Position numbers and translations under genes: made by a program. The notes beneath the pieces are model-generated. The model made no database searches. It was given only the letters and a program-made list of their open reading frames with translations, and had not been told where the DNA came from. Below, piece after piece: positions 61,281-64,000 of a DNA stretch of 64,000 nt (its first letter is position 1; each line of letters opens with the position of its first letter). This stretch comes from Felis catus. Its lineage: Eukaryota. The stretch spans positions 171,556,001-171,620,000 of the forward strand of contig NC_058368.1 of NCBI RefSeq assembly GCF_018350175.1, read 5' to 3'.

Positions 61281-62484
61281 TGTAGCAAGTGACCATCACT
61301 ATGACCTGTGCTGTGGTTTTCTGGATACTCTCTCACCTGGCTCTTCACCTCCCTCTCTGGCTTCTAGTTTTCTTCGATGAAGAGGAGATGGGAAATAGAG
61401 TGGTGGCTGGTGCAAATTCAAGGAAGTTACAAAAAAAAAAAAAAAGGACTTGAGATCTTCCACACAGGAGGAAGAGCCGCTCTTGGTGAGGGCATGGTAA
61501 AATGTGGGGACGGAAAGGATGGCAGGCGTCACAACAGACAGGAGGGGACAGAATCTATCCAGACAGTAGTGACAAGCTCAGTGCTCTGGAGGTCAAGGAA
61601 TGAATAACTTTACAAGTGTGCCGGGATGAATATCTCAAGATGAATGCTACCCAGCTCAAACTCCTGTGATTATTATGCTGTTCTGCCAACAGGGCTGACA
61701 TGTGTCAAAATAGTTTAGTGCGTCTAGAATTGCCTTCTGAGAATGCAGCACATTCTTTATATATCCTCAACATTTACAAATTGCCATTTGAGGGCAGCTG
61801 TAAGTTGGGAAAAATGCAAAAATTATCTGAAGACCAGTTTAATAAAGGTGTTGAGCACACTGAATAACACGGTATTTTCTAGTAAAAAAAATAACATATA
61901 AGTTTAAAGTAATTGATTTTTAAAAGGCGTACTATATATATGACTCAGAGTGGTTCATAAGACAAATCTAGAAGAAAAGTCCCCAAAGTTCTGTAAGCAA
62001 CAGTGGAGTACCATTATGCTATACACAAATTCTGCTGAAAAATACACATAGATACACAGTTCTGATATGTTTTCTTAAAATTGGCCACACAATTTCCTAA
62101 CTGTAAGATTGATGTTTAAGTCACCAAACAAAAGATACATAGTAAAGAACAGATGACAGAGACTGACCTGCCAGCACCTTCCTCTTTATGCTCCTCCCAT
62201 AAAACCAACAGTATTGGGTCTCTAAATTCAGGTCATCACCTCCCTGTCCCTGGAAGAGGGCTCCTCGATGATAAAACAGGTGCTGGCAAGGAGACAAATT
62301 AGCATGATTCCCCCAAAGCTGAAAGCCCTGGCTCTGTCGCCAGATTCCATTCCAATCCCAGCTGTACTACTTCCTGAATGTGTAGCTTCAGACAAGCAAC
62401 CTTCCAAAGCTCAAAATTTCCCACTTTAAAAACACAACTGGTAATAAAAACTGCCTCACAGGACTGCTTTAAGAATTAAATGAC

Positions 62485-62691
62485 GAGGCGCCTGGGTGGC
62501 TCAGTCAGTTAAGCGTCCGACTTCAGCTCAGGTCATAATCTCGCAGTCGGTGAGTTCGAGTCCCGCGTCGGGCTCTGGGCTGACAGCTGAGAGCCTGTTT
62601 CGGATTCTGTGTCTCCCTCTCTCTCTGACCCTCCCCCGTTCATGGTCTGTCTCTCTCTGTCTCAAAAATAAATAAACGTTAAAAAAAAAAA
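62485..62691 (+). mobile_element. Young CAN-SINE inserted in a MIR (about 62310-62760)
   Basis: Perfect 14-bp TSD aagaattaaatgac at 62471-62484 and 62692-62705. Confidence 0.96.
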
Positions 62692-63109
62692 AAGAATTAA
62701 ATGACAAGATTCTGTGCTTGGCTGCCACATGCTAATTCACGGTAAGGGTGCCCTCCATGAGAGCTGACATTGTTATCACACTAATGCATCAGCCAAGGTC
62801 AGAATGTCCCACTGGAGCCTGAGTGTACCCGATACTCCATCATCCCCCTCCTCTCTGATCATGAGGGCTAAAGCCAGCTCCAGAAACCTAGAAGAGTCAA
62901 TGGGTACTTTCACAAATCCTACTTCTTCCAAACAGGATTTAGGACCAAGTAAAGCCTCTGTTCTTCAGCACTGGACACAAGCATCTTCTTCCTAAAGCCC
63001 CTTCTGGCCAGTGTACTTGAGCCACTGCCTCTCCCCCACAGATAGAAGGACAAGGCCGATGAAGCTTATTTTATGCTTTGTCTTCTAAGTTGATTTTCTA
63101 TTACTCCTA

Positions 63110-63350
63110 CCACTAATAACTGCCATAAATTACTGAGCACTTAATGTGACCAGACACTATCCTAAAGCAGTTTACAAGGATCATCTCATTACCACAGAAA
63201 CTCTTTGAGGCTGGAAATACTTTTATACCAGTTCTCAGAGGAGGAAAAATTGAGACACAGAAGTAACTTGCTCAAGGTCAAATAGACAACAAGCCATGAA
63301 GCCAGGATTAAAACACAAGCCATGTCACTCACAGCCCATTCTCCTAACCA
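63110..63350 (-). mobile_element. MIR
   Basis: ttactgagcacttaatgtgaccagacact...gaagtaacttgctcaaggtca. Confidence 0.7.
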
Positions 63351-64000
63351 CACACATCCTCAAACACACAGCCAGATTTCAAGGATCCAAATCACAGGCA
63401 CTTTAAAACTGCCTGACAGCACTCCAGGCAAATGCTTCCTTGGCGATGACCCTAAACCTCCACCATCAGGCCTTTATTTCCTAGTATGAAAACGTAACAG
63501 TGCATCTTTGAGTTTTGTTTTTAAGAAGACTTCCTCAACTTACTCCTTTCCCCTCCCTCTGAAAGGCCCAAGTCAACTGTCCTCTTCAGAAGACATGATC
63601 ATGTGCTTTAGTTCCTCAGGGAGAAGGAAGCTTATTCAGTTCATTCTTATCATGTGTTACTATCAGAGAGCAGCCTTATAAAGTACTAAAGGCAAAAAAT
63701 AGAAAAAAAATGTAATACAGAGACAGTATTCCTGGAAATGCATTACACTTCCATTGGAGAATCTTTCAACCATTGCACATTTTATGTGACTGCCATATTG
63801 CCAAAAATCACATTACCCATTTTAGATAAAGAAATCAACATCCAAATATGAAGTATTCACCGGATAGAAGGAGACCCTGAGGGTGCCAAGGTTATGATCC
63901 CAAGGTTATGTGGGCATCTATATTTGCCCTATTCTATGCCTAACTGCCAAGTTGCCAAGACACAAAGTATTTTAAGATTTATCTTCTCATTTCAGTTTTG

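Larger units (their letters stand above)
25317..64000 (-). other. EPB41L4A: Intron 1 of EPB41L4A (partial; exon 1 lies beyond the right edge)
   Basis: Upstream of the exon on the minus strand. I found no sequence encoding [25 protein letters not shown] and no CpG island in the window. Confidence 0.8.

Noticed and set aside
1080..62728. Many ORF-track peptides such as MAQSVKRLTSAQVMIS..., RQRETEHERGRGRERGRHRI... and SLSLSLS
   Set aside because: They are translations of CAN-SINE bodies and microsatellites, recurring at each SINE copy; not genes.
1..64000. CRISPR arrays, tRNA/rRNA/snoRNA genes, CpG-island promoter, prokaryote-like operons or horizontally acquired DNA
   Set aside because: None seen. 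The tRNA-like A/B-box sequences all belong to SINE heads, and the composition is uniformly that of an AT-rich, CpG-depleted mammalian intron.

Overview
Mammalian genomic DNA, almost certainly from a cat or other felid: it carries about 28 tRNA-derived CAN-SINEs, several matching the young, CpG-intact SINEC_Fc type. The only protein-coding sequence I can support is one 105-bp exon on the minus strand (25212-25316). It translates to [35 protein letters not shown], which I recognise as the second coding exon (FERM N-lobe) of EPB41L4A/NBL4. The rest of the window is therefore inferred to be intron 1 (25317-64000) and intron 2 (1-25211). The introns are layered with transposon fossils: MIR, L2, old L1M, a 2.3-kb carnivore L1 with a target-site duplication (TSD), MaLR/MLT1 LTRs plus an internal fragment, two solo ERV LTRs and hAT elements (Charlie, MER5, MER33, MER58). 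Nearly all ORFs in the supplied track are spurious or repeat-derived. I found no convincing undescribed biological system. The best leads are an antisense solo LTR with intact promoter motifs, serial SINE insertion into one target site, TSD-flanked poly(A)-only micro-insertions, a NAGNAG acceptor, a candidate poison micro-exon and a SINE orientation switch. Repeat family names are recalled from consensus sequences, not searched, and repeat boundaries are approximate unless a TSD is given.
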